Shown one piece after another: positions 1 to 8,101 of a stretch of 64,000 nucleotides of DNA; position 1 is the stretch's first letter, and the number at the start of each line of letters is the position of its first letter. Origin of the DNA: Candidatus Eubacterium faecavium. GTDB lineage: Bacteria > Bacillota > Clostridia > Oscillospirales > Acutalibacteraceae. Position numbers and translations under genes: made by a program. Below the pieces are notes generated by a model. It was not told where the DNA came from, did no database searches, and saw only the letters and a program-made list of their open reading frames with translations. The stretch spans positions 2,943 through 66,942 of the forward strand of contig DXCE01000064.1 of the NCBI GenBank assembly GCA_019116165.1, in the 5' to 3' direction.

Positions 1-142
1 ATATCAAAATCTATTATCTGAAGCTGAATGTTCTATTGCATTTCCGATTAACTCTATTGCCGCTTCAGCTATTTCTTCTCTTACCTTAGAATTAATGTCA
101 CAATGTTTTTGGCAAGCAGAACCGAAAAACATTAAAAATAAA

Positions 143-625
143 TTAATATTCGTCGTCAGACTCAAGATTCGTTTTCATCTCCTGAAAAAGTTCAAGCAAA
201 AAGTCACCAAGATCCTGATCAGTCTGCTCAAATATAGTAAACTCGTTGGGAGTGGGCCAGGCGTAAACAACAGTCGGTTCACCGTCTTTTGTTAGCCTGT
301 TATAGTTCAGATAATTTATCCATTCATCTTCTTCAAGAATAGGAACAAATTTATCTTCTACGGTAAGGTTATATTTTTTATTCATCTCTAAATTTGCAAT
401 TACATCCATAGATGTATAATGCGCATCTTTAAAATTAGCGCAAAAAATTCTTCCGGAAACCTCAAGCGCTCCCTGCCTTAAAAAAGTATAATGTTGTTTT
501 GAAAGTTCAAATCCGAGATAATCTTCTAGTTCATCCATCGCATTGTCGCTGCAGCAATCATAAATTTTATAATTTGGCAGTGTTTTTGCAAGTTCCATTG
601 CTTTTTTGTAATTTTCGTAACTCAT
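143..625 (-). CDS. SMI1/KNR4 (SUKH-1) family protein, immunity-protein-like
   Basis: 160-aa ORF. The motif MDELEDYLGFELSKQHYTFLRQ fits the SUKH/SMI1_KNR4 signature (E..LG..L....Y..FL). A GGAGG SD lies about 7 nt upstream of the ATG at 625. The region is visibly AT-rich compared with neighbouring core genes. Confidence 0.7.
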   Translation of the reverse strand: MSYENYKKAMELAKTLPNYKIYDCCSDNAMDELEDYLGFELSKQHYTFLRQGALEVSGRIFCANFKDAHYTSMDVIANLEMNKKYNLTVEDKFVPILEEDEWINYLNYNRLTKDGEPTVVYAWPTPNEFTIFEQTDQDLGDFLLELFQEMKTNLESDDEY

Positions 626-897
626 TATTCCTTATCCTCCACATATCGTGTTAATCTATATTGCCAACAAAAGCATCAGAATTTCCGAAATTTCTTTCTA
701 TCTCTTTTTGGCAGCGATTCAGATACGGGGGATTTCCTTTAGCCATCAACGCTCTGTTCATTATACCCGACGTGGTCACAAAATCAAGGTCAAATAATAA
801 ATCTTGCATGAAGATTTTTGTCCTCTGCATATGTATCGACCGCTGACCTAAGCAGCAAAAAAGGCTTGCGCGTTTTGCTCTGCGTTTTACATATTTA

Positions 898-928
898 TAA
901 TAAAGAAAAGGCGCGTAAACGCGCCTTT
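898..928 (-). terminator. rho-independent terminator downstream of tRNA-Val
   Basis: Hairpin AAGGCGCG-taaa-CGCGCCTT, followed on the minus strand by a T-rich run. Confidence 0.6.
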
Positions 929-931
929 CAA

Positions 932-1007
932 TGGTGGGAGTAACAGGGCTCGAACCTGTGACCCTCTGCTTGTAAGGCAGATGCTCTCCCAGCTGAGCTA
1001 TACTCCC
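932..1007 (-). tRNA. tRNA-Val (anticodon UAC), CCA encoded
   Basis: The reverse complement folds as a cloverleaf: acceptor GGGAGTA/TACTCCC, D-arm GCTC..GAGC, anticodon stem TCTGC/GCAGA with loop CTTACAA, T-arm ACAGG-TTCGAGC-CCTGT, and a terminal CCA. Confidence 0.95.
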
Positions 1008-1132
1008 TCGGTGCTATATATTTTACCACAAATCGCACTAAAGTCAAGGGTTTTAAACAAATTTATCTTCGGCGTATTGCGCAAGGCACAAAAATATGGT
1101 ATTTTTAAAACATCAAAGAAAGGATCGTGGAT

Positions 1133-1888
1133 ATGAAATTTATAAGCTGGAATGTAAACGGCCTCAGAGCGTGCATGAACAAGGGCTTTGAGCAGTTTTT
1201 CAACGAAATAAACGCGGATATATTTTGCATTCAGGAAACGAAATTGCAGGAAGGCCAGATCGACTTCGCGCCGAAAGGTTACCATGCATACTGGAATTAC
1301 GCGGAAAAGAAAGGCTATTCAGGCACTGCAGTGTTCACAAAGACCGAGCCGCTTTCCGTCAGGCTCGGAATGGGCATTGAGGAACATGACCGTGAGGGCA
1401 GGCTCATCACGCTTGAATTTGAAGAGTTCTATTTCTGCACGGTCTATGTGCCGAACTCTCAGCGGGAGCTGACAAGGCTTGATTACCGTATGCAGTGGGA
1501 AGACGCTTTTCTTGATTATATCAAAACACTCGACCAAAAAAAGCCGGTGATCTACTGCGGTGACCTGAATGTTGCACACGAGGAGATAGACCTGAAAAAT
1601 CCGAAAACCAACAGAAGAAACGCCGGCTTCACCGACGAAGAACGCGAAAAACTGACCTGTGTTTTAAATGCCGGATTTACGGATACATTCAGATATTTTT
1701 ATCCCGACCGAGAGGGCATATACAGCTGGTGGAGCTACATGTTTAAAGCAAGGGAAAAGAACGCGGGCTGGAGAATCGACTATTTCATAACCTCAAAGCG
1801 ACTTGACGGCAAGCTGAAAAGCGCCGATATTCTCACCGGCATTTACGGCTCCGATCACTGCCCCGTTATGCTGGAAGCGGATATATAA
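1133..1888 (+). CDS. xth: exodeoxyribonuclease III (AP endonuclease, EEP fold)
   Basis: N-terminus MKFISWNVNGLRA, then QETK and a C-terminal SDHCPV motif typical of ExoIII/ExoA. I prefer the ATG at 1133 (AAAGGA SD about 9 nt upstream) to the GTG at 1127 in the ORF track. Confidence 0.9.
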   Translation: MKFISWNVNGLRACMNKGFEQFFNEINADIFCIQETKLQEGQIDFAPKGYHAYWNYAEKKGYSGTAVFTKTEPLSVRLGMGIEEHDREGRLITLEFEEFYFCTVYVPNSQRELTRLDYRMQWEDAFLDYIKTLDQKKPVIYCGDLNVAHEEIDLKNPKTNRRNAGFTDEEREKLTCVLNAGFTDTFRYFYPDREGIYSWWSYMFKAREKNAGWRIDYFITSKRLDGKLKSADILTGIYGSDHCPVMLEADI

Positions 1889-1920
1889 GCAACACATCTT
1901 AACATAAGGTTTTTATTCAA

Positions 1921-1952
1921 ACGCAGCGGTCATTCAATCCGCTGTGTTTTTT
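1921..1952 (+). terminator. rho-independent terminator after xth; its 3' arm overlaps the last codons of the convergent kinase gene
   Basis: Stem ACGCAGCGG / CCGCTGTGT (one G-U pair) followed by TTTTTT. Confidence 0.6.
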
Positions 1953-2965
1953 CTTAGGAATATAGAAAAAGTGCTGCCGTTTTTATCAGACATAACCTTG
2001 ATATAGCCCTGTTGTTTATGGATAATATCACGGGTCAGATACAGCCCGATTCCCACACCCTCAATACCGGCAGAGTATTTTCCCCTGTAGAAGCGTCCAA
2101 AAATCTTTGCCTGTTCCTCTTCGGGTATGCCGATCCCGTTATCGGATATATCCAGCCGCAGATAAGACGGGTACTCGGTAATTTTTAATTCAACAACTCC
2201 ACCACTTGGCATATATTTAACAGCATTATCAAGCACATTGGTAATTGCTTCTGCTGTCCAGTTGAAATCGAGCAGCGCTTCAAAGTTTTGCCCGCAGTCA
2301 AAAGTAATCGTTATGTTTTTCTCTTTCGCCTTTGCATAGACGGTTTTTACCGCTTGCAGGACAATATCATTTAAGCTGTTTTTGTCGGGCTTCAGTCTGA
2401 TCATGCCGCTTTCCAAACGGGACATTTTAATCAGGCTGTTTGTTAAAAAGGTCAGCTTTTCAAGGGAAGTCTGCAAAGCGGCGATGTATTCGCTGCGCTC
2501 CTCATTGGATATTCCTTTATCATCCAGTAACTGTGCAAAGGTGTTCGCCGCCGCCACAGGCGTTTTGATTTGGTGGGAAACATCGGAAATCAGCGTCTTG
2601 ATCTGCTCCTTTTCCTGCGCCAGCATTTGATTTTGAGCCGTTAAAATATTGCGGAGCTTTAGAAGCTGATGTTGCAGACGGGCAGTCAGCGTATCCTCAT
2701 TTTCAGGAAAAACAATCCGTTCCTGCTGTTCTACCAAAGCCTCTATCAGCAGCGTGATCTGCTCTAACAAATCATCGTGATAGCGGTTGTGCAGGAAATC
2801 GAGCAAAAACAATAAGCCGCATAAAATCGCAAAGGCACAAATGAAAAAAAGCATAAGGGCAGAAGTGTTTTCCATAAAAAACACAGAGCCAACAGATATC
2901 GCCGCTATGACAGTACCTGCAATCAAAATCAGTTTTCGATATATTTCAAAACGCTTCATCATCAT
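1934..2965 (-). CDS. sensor histidine kinase, intramembrane-sensing type
   Basis: Two N-terminal TM helices are separated by only a few residues, so there is no extracytoplasmic domain. H-box SHQIKTP; HATPase_c boxes DNAVKY, DNGIGI and GVGIGL. The start overlaps the regulator's stop codon (ATGATGATGA). Confidence 0.85.
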   Translation of the reverse strand: MMMKRFEIYRKLILIAGTVIAAISVGSVFFMENTSALMLFFICAFAILCGLLFLLDFLHNRYHDDLLEQITLLIEALVEQQERIVFPENEDTLTARLQHQLLKLRNILTAQNQMLAQEKEQIKTLISDVSHQIKTPVAAANTFAQLLDDKGISNEERSEYIAALQTSLEKLTFLTNSLIKMSRLESGMIRLKPDKNSLNDIVLQAVKTVYAKAKEKNITITFDCGQNFEALLDFNWTAEAITNVLDNAVKYMPSGGVVELKITEYPSYLRLDISDNGIGIPEEEQAKIFGRFYRGKYSAGIEGVGIGLYLTRDIIHKQQGYIKVMSDKNGSTFSIFLRKNTAD

Positions 2966-3627
2966 TCTCCAAAGGTATAGCCCATACCAAATACGGTCAC
3001 AATGTATTCCTGATTATCATCGTTTAGTTTCTGCCGCAGCCGCTTAATGTTTACACGAACGGTATTTTCATCAACAAAGTTTCCGTCTATATCCCAAAGC
3101 TGTTCCAAAAGCATAGCTTTGGTCACAATCCTGCCTCTGTTCTCTATTAAATAGCAGAGCAGTTTGTACTCCGTTGCGGTAAGGTGTACTTCTTCTCCGT
3201 TCAGCAGAACAAGGCATTTATCTGTATCCACTTCTAAATCTCTATATCGAATACGGGATTTTCCGCCGCCTGTCCGCTTTAAGACAGCTTGTACTTTTTT
3301 CCGCAAAACTTCAATCGAAAAGGGCTTGGAAATATAGTCATCACAGCCAACGCCGAAGCCCTCCAGCATATCCTGCTCTGTATCGTTCGCAGTTAGAAAA
3401 AGGATCGGGATTTCGGAAGTCTCACGGATTTTTTTGCAAAATTTCAATCCGCTGCCGTCGGGCAGGTTAATGTCGAGCAGAAACAGATCATACCTTTGGT
3501 TTTGATAGGTCTGCAAGGCTTCCATATAGCCATAAACCGCTGTAACGGTATGCCCGTCCTTTTCAAGAGCAATGGAAATTCCTTTGCTCAAAATTTTGTC
3601 ATCTTCCAGTAAAAAGATATTTGCCAT
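2962..3627 (-). CDS. OmpR/PhoB-family response regulator
   Basis: Receiver domain (MANIFLLEDD ... DLFLLDINLPDGSG) plus a winged-helix output domain (...YIVTVFGMGYTF). I prefer the ATG at 3627 to the GTG at 3645, but the start is uncertain. Confidence 0.85.
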   Translation of the reverse strand: MANIFLLEDDKILSKGISIALEKDGHTVTAVYGYMEALQTYQNQRYDLFLLDINLPDGSGLKFCKKIRETSEIPILFLTANDTEQDMLEGFGVGCDDYISKPFSIEVLRKKVQAVLKRTGGGKSRIRYRDLEVDTDKCLVLLNGEEVHLTATEYKLLCYLIENRGRIVTKAMLLEQLWDIDGNFVDENTVRVNIKRLRQKLNDDNQEYIVTVFGMGYTFGE

Positions 3628-3707
3628 AACCGTAACGCACACCACCTTTCTTCGATATGCAGAATTGCAGGAGCAGACGCAGCAGTGCTGCGCCCGCCCC
3701 GCAAATC

Positions 3708-6254
3708 TTATTCGTTTTCAAAATCGTGCAGCCGTTCTATCACTGTCTCCTTTGAGATAAACCGATAAACCAAAGACGGAACAGAGAGGCATATTACAAA
3801 AATGGCAATGATAAGACCAACAACGAGCGCCACAGGGTACTCAAACCTTGCATAATCTGCAATGCTCGGTACTGCGTCTGCTACCAGCAAAAGGAAAGCA
3901 TTACCTAAAGTCATAATCAGTATGGTTGAGATAAGCGCATAAAAGCCGCCTTCGAGTGTCAAAATCTTTCTGATCTGCTTTTTGGTAGTCCCAATACTTT
4001 CCATAATGGCAAATTCATTTTTCCTTGCAATAACGCCGGTAAGCATAACATTCACAAAGTTGATTAAGCCGATTACAATGAGCAGAATCGCCGCACCGTT
4101 ACCAAGCAGACCGATGGAAAAATACATCTGATTGAATTCCTCCAACACAGAAACAGAGCTTTGAAAATTCCATTCACCGGAAGGCAAAGTATTGTTGATG
4201 GCTATCAGTTCGTTATTTACTTTCTGCAACTGATTTGCGCTCTCAATGTCCACGCCAATATCGTATAGGATAGCGGTGTCTGTTAATCGCTCCATTCCTG
4301 CGTCACTGACATAAATAACATCAGGAACAGCGCCTATCCATTTGCGATGCCCAATATTGAAGCTATCCTCAAGGTCTTTGTAGTTGAACGCACCCGCCAC
4401 TTGAAAACCTGCGGACTGCCCATCTGCATTATCCGAAGTCAAATTTAGAGTTTTACCAACCAGCGCAGCGTTCGGCGCAAAGGTGTCCGTATCCATACCC
4501 ACAATGACCGTATCGCCGTTTCGGAAAGCCTCTATATCAATCGGCGTAGTATGGGTATCGTTATATTGTTCCACAAGTTCATCATCAATGGTTACGACAT
4601 AGCAGCCATAATCTCCGGCATTGGCATAGTCCTGCAGCTCTGAAATCATCTGCTCATAGGTTTTGCCATCGTGATAGAGTTCCTCGTGCTGCATTTTCAA
4701 AAAGCTCTCAAAATCCGAAGCATGAAAGCCGATTTCCGCCCAAGTAATTTTACTGGTGGAAATATCTGCAACCCCGTCAATCTGTGAAAGCTGTTCTATA
4801 AAATGCGCATCAAATTGCGGAGATTCTTTTTCAAGGTTTTCAAACTGGCTAAACTGTGAATCCGTATAACGAAAATCATATTTCATGTATTTATCAACAT
4901 AGTTTTCTCCGTTGATACTTCCTAAAATGCCATTAACACCTAAAATCGTGACAGTACCCATAAAAAGGGACAGAAATACAAGCACAGCCCGCTTCTTATC
5001 ACGGAAAACATTATGGAACGCCATCACAGACAGCTTGCCTCCGTTGGTTGAGTTTCTGCTTTTCATCTTTTTCGGTGCAAAGTTTTGAAAACGGAGAGCC
5101 TCAACAGGAGAAATCTTTGCCGCCGCCTTTGCCGGCGCATTACAAGCCATCCAAACGGTTACCGCAGAGAAAATAATGGACAGAATAAAGATAGAAGGAT
5201 GGAAAAATACAACGGCGTCCATACTTGATCTACCCTGTTCATATCCTTGCTGTAAAAACAACGGGACAAGGGCAAAGGATACCGCCGCAGCTAATACAAC
5301 GCCGACAGGGATTCCAATACAGGCGAACTTAAAGGCCTGCTTCTTTACAAGCGATTTAATTTGCTCCTGTGTTGTGCCGATCGTTTTCACCAAACCATAA
5401 AAGCGGGTATCTTTTGAAATGGAAATATACAGGACATTATAAATCAAAAGATAACCGCTTCCGACAATAAACAGTACCAAAAGAATAAGCATTGCGATCA
5501 CAGAGCCATTGGAAGAACGCATGGAAACCGATCCGTTAAAATACTGATTGTCATTTAGAGATACATCTTTTTGAATCTGATAAAAGTCTCCCGGCATTTC
5601 ATTTAGAGTTAGAGACAAAGTCCCGTTTTCCTGCAAGGTATATCCGGCATTTTGGCAATAGCTTTCCGACACAAATCCCATTCCCACACCTGTATAGGAA
5701 CGAAACCAGCCAGACAATGAAAATGTCTTTTGCTGTTCTCCGTTCTTATCGTAATAAGACAAAGGAATTTCCATATTAAGCGTCGGGTTTTCAATTCCAA
5801 GCTGTGCCAAGGCGTCCTCAGACAGCATGATTTCATTTTCCTGCATAGGGTAAGAGCCGTTGATATTACTGATTGCTTCCTTAAAATGTTGCTCCCATTC
5901 TGTTCCATCGTAATATTGAATGGCTATGGACGATTCGCGACCCTCCGAATTTGTCCGGACAGCAGAGCCGACCGTATATCGAGTACCGATTGTTTTCACA
6001 TAATCCAAAGAACGGATCTGCTGTTCCTGCTCGCCGGTGGGCATATTTAGTGTAACATCCGCATTAGAGCCTGCTGTACGCACGGCTGATAATTCCATAT
6101 TCTGCATATAGTTAATGCCCAAACTGAAAACCGTTGTAATCATAAAGGTGGTAAGGACAACCGCAAGCACCGCAAATGTATTGCGAATACGGTTTGCTTT
6201 CATCATTCCTTTTTCCACTATTTTAATAGCACCTTTGTTTCGGTTAGCGTGCAT
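3708..6254 (-). CDS. ABC transporter permease, tandem FtsX/MacB-type (about 849 aa)
   Basis: Two repeats of TM, a large extracytoplasmic domain, then three TM helices. Each repeat has an FtsX-like segment (KTIGTTQEQIKSL and ESIGTTKKQIRKI). A GGGAGGTG SD precedes the ATG at 6254, which overlaps the ATPase gene's 3' end by 11 nt. Confidence 0.85.
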   Translation of the reverse strand: MHANRNKGAIKIVEKGMMKANRIRNTFAVLAVVLTTFMITTVFSLGINYMQNMELSAVRTAGSNADVTLNMPTGEQEQQIRSLDYVKTIGTRYTVGSAVRTNSEGRESSIAIQYYDGTEWEQHFKEAISNINGSYPMQENEIMLSEDALAQLGIENPTLNMEIPLSYYDKNGEQQKTFSLSGWFRSYTGVGMGFVSESYCQNAGYTLQENGTLSLTLNEMPGDFYQIQKDVSLNDNQYFNGSVSMRSSNGSVIAMLILLVLFIVGSGYLLIYNVLYISISKDTRFYGLVKTIGTTQEQIKSLVKKQAFKFACIGIPVGVVLAAAVSFALVPLFLQQGYEQGRSSMDAVVFFHPSIFILSIIFSAVTVWMACNAPAKAAAKISPVEALRFQNFAPKKMKSRNSTNGGKLSVMAFHNVFRDKKRAVLVFLSLFMGTVTILGVNGILGSINGENYVDKYMKYDFRYTDSQFSQFENLEKESPQFDAHFIEQLSQIDGVADISTSKITWAEIGFHASDFESFLKMQHEELYHDGKTYEQMISELQDYANAGDYGCYVVTIDDELVEQYNDTHTTPIDIEAFRNGDTVIVGMDTDTFAPNAALVGKTLNLTSDNADGQSAGFQVAGAFNYKDLEDSFNIGHRKWIGAVPDVIYVSDAGMERLTDTAILYDIGVDIESANQLQKVNNELIAINNTLPSGEWNFQSSVSVLEEFNQMYFSIGLLGNGAAILLIVIGLINFVNVMLTGVIARKNEFAIMESIGTTKKQIRKILTLEGGFYALISTILIMTLGNAFLLLVADAVPSIADYARFEYPVALVVGLIIAIFVICLSVPSLVYRFISKETVIERLHDFENE

Positions 6255-6930
6255 ACTGAACACCTCCCGAAACCACTTTCCCGTCCTCGATGCGGATTGT
6301 CCGATCCGCCATCTGTGCAATTTCCTCGTTGTGGGTAATCATAACGGTTGTTTGATGGAACTGCTTGCTGATAGACTGCATAAGCAAGATGACATCCATA
6401 CTGGTTTTGGAATCCAAATTTCCTGTCGGTTCATCGGCAAGGATAATCGCAGGCTTGGTTGCAAGGGCACGGGCGATCGCTGCACGCTGCTGCTGACCGC
6501 CGGAGAGATTGTTCGGCATATTTTTCAGCTTTTTTTCCAAACCGAGCGTATGAATGATCTGCCGGACAAACTCCGTGTCGGGTTTACCCCCGTCAATCTC
6601 AATGGGGTACACGATGTTTTCGTACACATTGAGTACGGGAAGCAGATTATAATTTTGAAATACAAAGCCGATATTCCTGCGGCGGAAAATGGTCAGTTCT
6701 TCGTCTTTCATTTTCAAAAGCTCTTTTCCACGGATCGTTACGCTGCCGGAAGTCGGGCGGTCTAATCCGCCGATCATATTAAGAAGCGTAGACTTGCCGC
6801 TGCCGGAAGTGCCGACCACAGCAACAAATTTTCCCTCCTCCACGGAAATCGATACACCGTCCAAAGCGCGGACTTCGTTTTCTCCACTACCGTATATCTT
6901 TCGTAAATCCTTTGTTTCAAGTATCGCCAT
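6244..6930 (-). CDS. ABC transporter ATP-binding protein (MacB/LolD-like)
   Basis: Walker A GTSGSGKST, signature LSGGQQQR, Walker B IILADEPT. A GGAGG SD precedes the ATG at 6930. Confidence 0.9.
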   Translation of the reverse strand: MAILETKDLRKIYGSGENEVRALDGVSISVEEGKFVAVVGTSGSGKSTLLNMIGGLDRPTSGSVTIRGKELLKMKDEELTIFRRRNIGFVFQNYNLLPVLNVYENIVYPIEIDGGKPDTEFVRQIIHTLGLEKKLKNMPNNLSGGQQQRAAIARALATKPAIILADEPTGNLDSKTSMDVILLMQSISKQFHQTTVMITHNEEIAQMADRTIRIEDGKVVSGGVQYAR

Positions 6931-6978
6931 ATCTAAAACCTCCAAATCTGTTTTGTGATTTCAGTATATTATCCGCTT

Positions 6979-6995
6979 CTTACAATCTTATTACA
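6979..6995 (-). promoter_or_regulatory. candidate response-regulator binding site (direct repeat TGTAAT-N5-TGTAAG)
   Basis: Read on the minus strand, this is two hexamers with 11-bp periodicity. It lies just upstream of a -10-like TAATAT/TATACT and the ABC operon SD, at about the -35 position. Confidence 0.4.
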
Positions 6996-7103
6996 TTCAG
7001 CAAATAAATCGGCAATGTGTATGGACTGTCAGTTTTATATAAAATCTTAGGAAATAAAAATAAAACTGCTGTTAAAGAATTTATATAAATAATAAATTTT
7101 GTA

Positions 7104-7132
7104 TTTACTTTTAGAAAATTTTGTATTAGAAT
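7104..7132 (+). promoter_or_regulatory. candidate sigma-A promoter (TTTACT-17-TAGAAT) for the dat operon
   Basis: Hexamer match with a 17-nt spacer, about 90 nt upstream of the dat ATG. Confidence 0.4.
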
Positions 7133-7142
7133 AAGGTTTAGT

Positions 7143-7181
7143 GGGCAACGGCGCTTTTTTCAGCAACGTATGCCCTTTTTT
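7143..7181 (+). terminator. terminator-like hairpin plus T6 in the dat operon leader
   Basis: Stem GGGCAACG / CGTATGCCC (one bulge) followed by TTTTTT. No plus-strand gene lies upstream for it to terminate. Confidence 0.45.
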
Positions 7182-7222
7182 AATAATACATATAATAATA
7201 TAATGAATTGAGGAGTGCTGAT

Positions 7223-8068
7223 ATGGAAAATCTTGGCTATTACAACGGCGAATACGGGCTTATTGAAGAAATGAAGATACCGATGACGGATCGTGTCTGC
7301 TGGTTCGGAGACGGCATTTATGACGCGACTTATTCGCACAATCACAAAATTTTTGATCTGCAGGCGCACCTGGACAGATTTTACAGAAGCGCAAAGCTTC
7401 TTGATATAAATATGCCGATCGAGAAGGAGGAGCTTGCAAAGCTGCTGAACGAACTTGTTCCAAAGGTTGACGACGGCGACCAGTTTGTATATATGCAGGT
7501 AACGCGCGGCAGCGGACTCAGAAAACATATTTATGAAAAGGATATCCAATCAAATCTTTGGATAACACTTACCCCCTGCCCCGTTGCGGACACCTACAAG
7601 CCGATAGACGTTATTACATATGAGGACAAACGATTTTTATACTGCAACGCCAAAACGCTGAACCTGATCCCCTCCTGCCTTGCGGCAACAGCGGCGCAAA
7701 GAGCCGGCTGCGATGAGGCGATCTTCCATAGGGGCGATATTGTTACGGAATGCGCACATTCCAATGTGTCCATTTTCAAGGACGGAAAAGTAATCACACA
7801 TCAGCTTGACGATAAAGTGCTTCCCGGCACTGCCCGTCTTAGGCTTCTTGCCTTTGCCGAAAAGCTGGGCTATGAAACGGAGGAACGCGACTATACACTC
7901 GACGAGCTTATGAACGCGGATGAAATCGTTGTGCATTCCACAGGCTCGTTCTGCATACCCGTTAAAACGGTGGACGGAAAGCCCGTGGGCGGAAAAGCGC
8001 CGGAAATGCTGAAAAGGATACAGGACGCGCTCGTTGCTGATTTTGAAGAGCAGTGCAAGGCAGACTAA
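7223..8068 (+). CDS. dat: D-amino-acid aminotransferase (class IV PLP enzyme)
   Basis: Blocks DRVCWFGDGIYDA, HLDRFYRSA, YMQVTRG, CNAKTLNLI and EAIFHRGDIVTECAHSNV align with Bacillus Dat. A GAGGAG SD precedes the ATG at 7223. Confidence 0.8.
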   Translation: MENLGYYNGEYGLIEEMKIPMTDRVCWFGDGIYDATYSHNHKIFDLQAHLDRFYRSAKLLDINMPIEKEELAKLLNELVPKVDDGDQFVYMQVTRGSGLRKHIYEKDIQSNLWITLTPCPVADTYKPIDVITYEDKRFLYCNAKTLNLIPSCLAATAAQRAGCDEAIFHRGDIVTECAHSNVSIFKDGKVITHQLDDKVLPGTARLRLLAFAEKLGYETEERDYTLDELMNADEIVVHSTGSFCIPVKTVDGKPVGGKAPEMLKRIQDALVADFEEQCKAD

Positions 8069-8101
8069 TTGCAATTTCAATTCATTTAAAAGAGGTTAAC
8101 T

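Noticed and set aside
6115-6765. 216-aa plus-strand ORF
   Set aside because: It is antisense to the junction between the ABC ATPase and permease genes.
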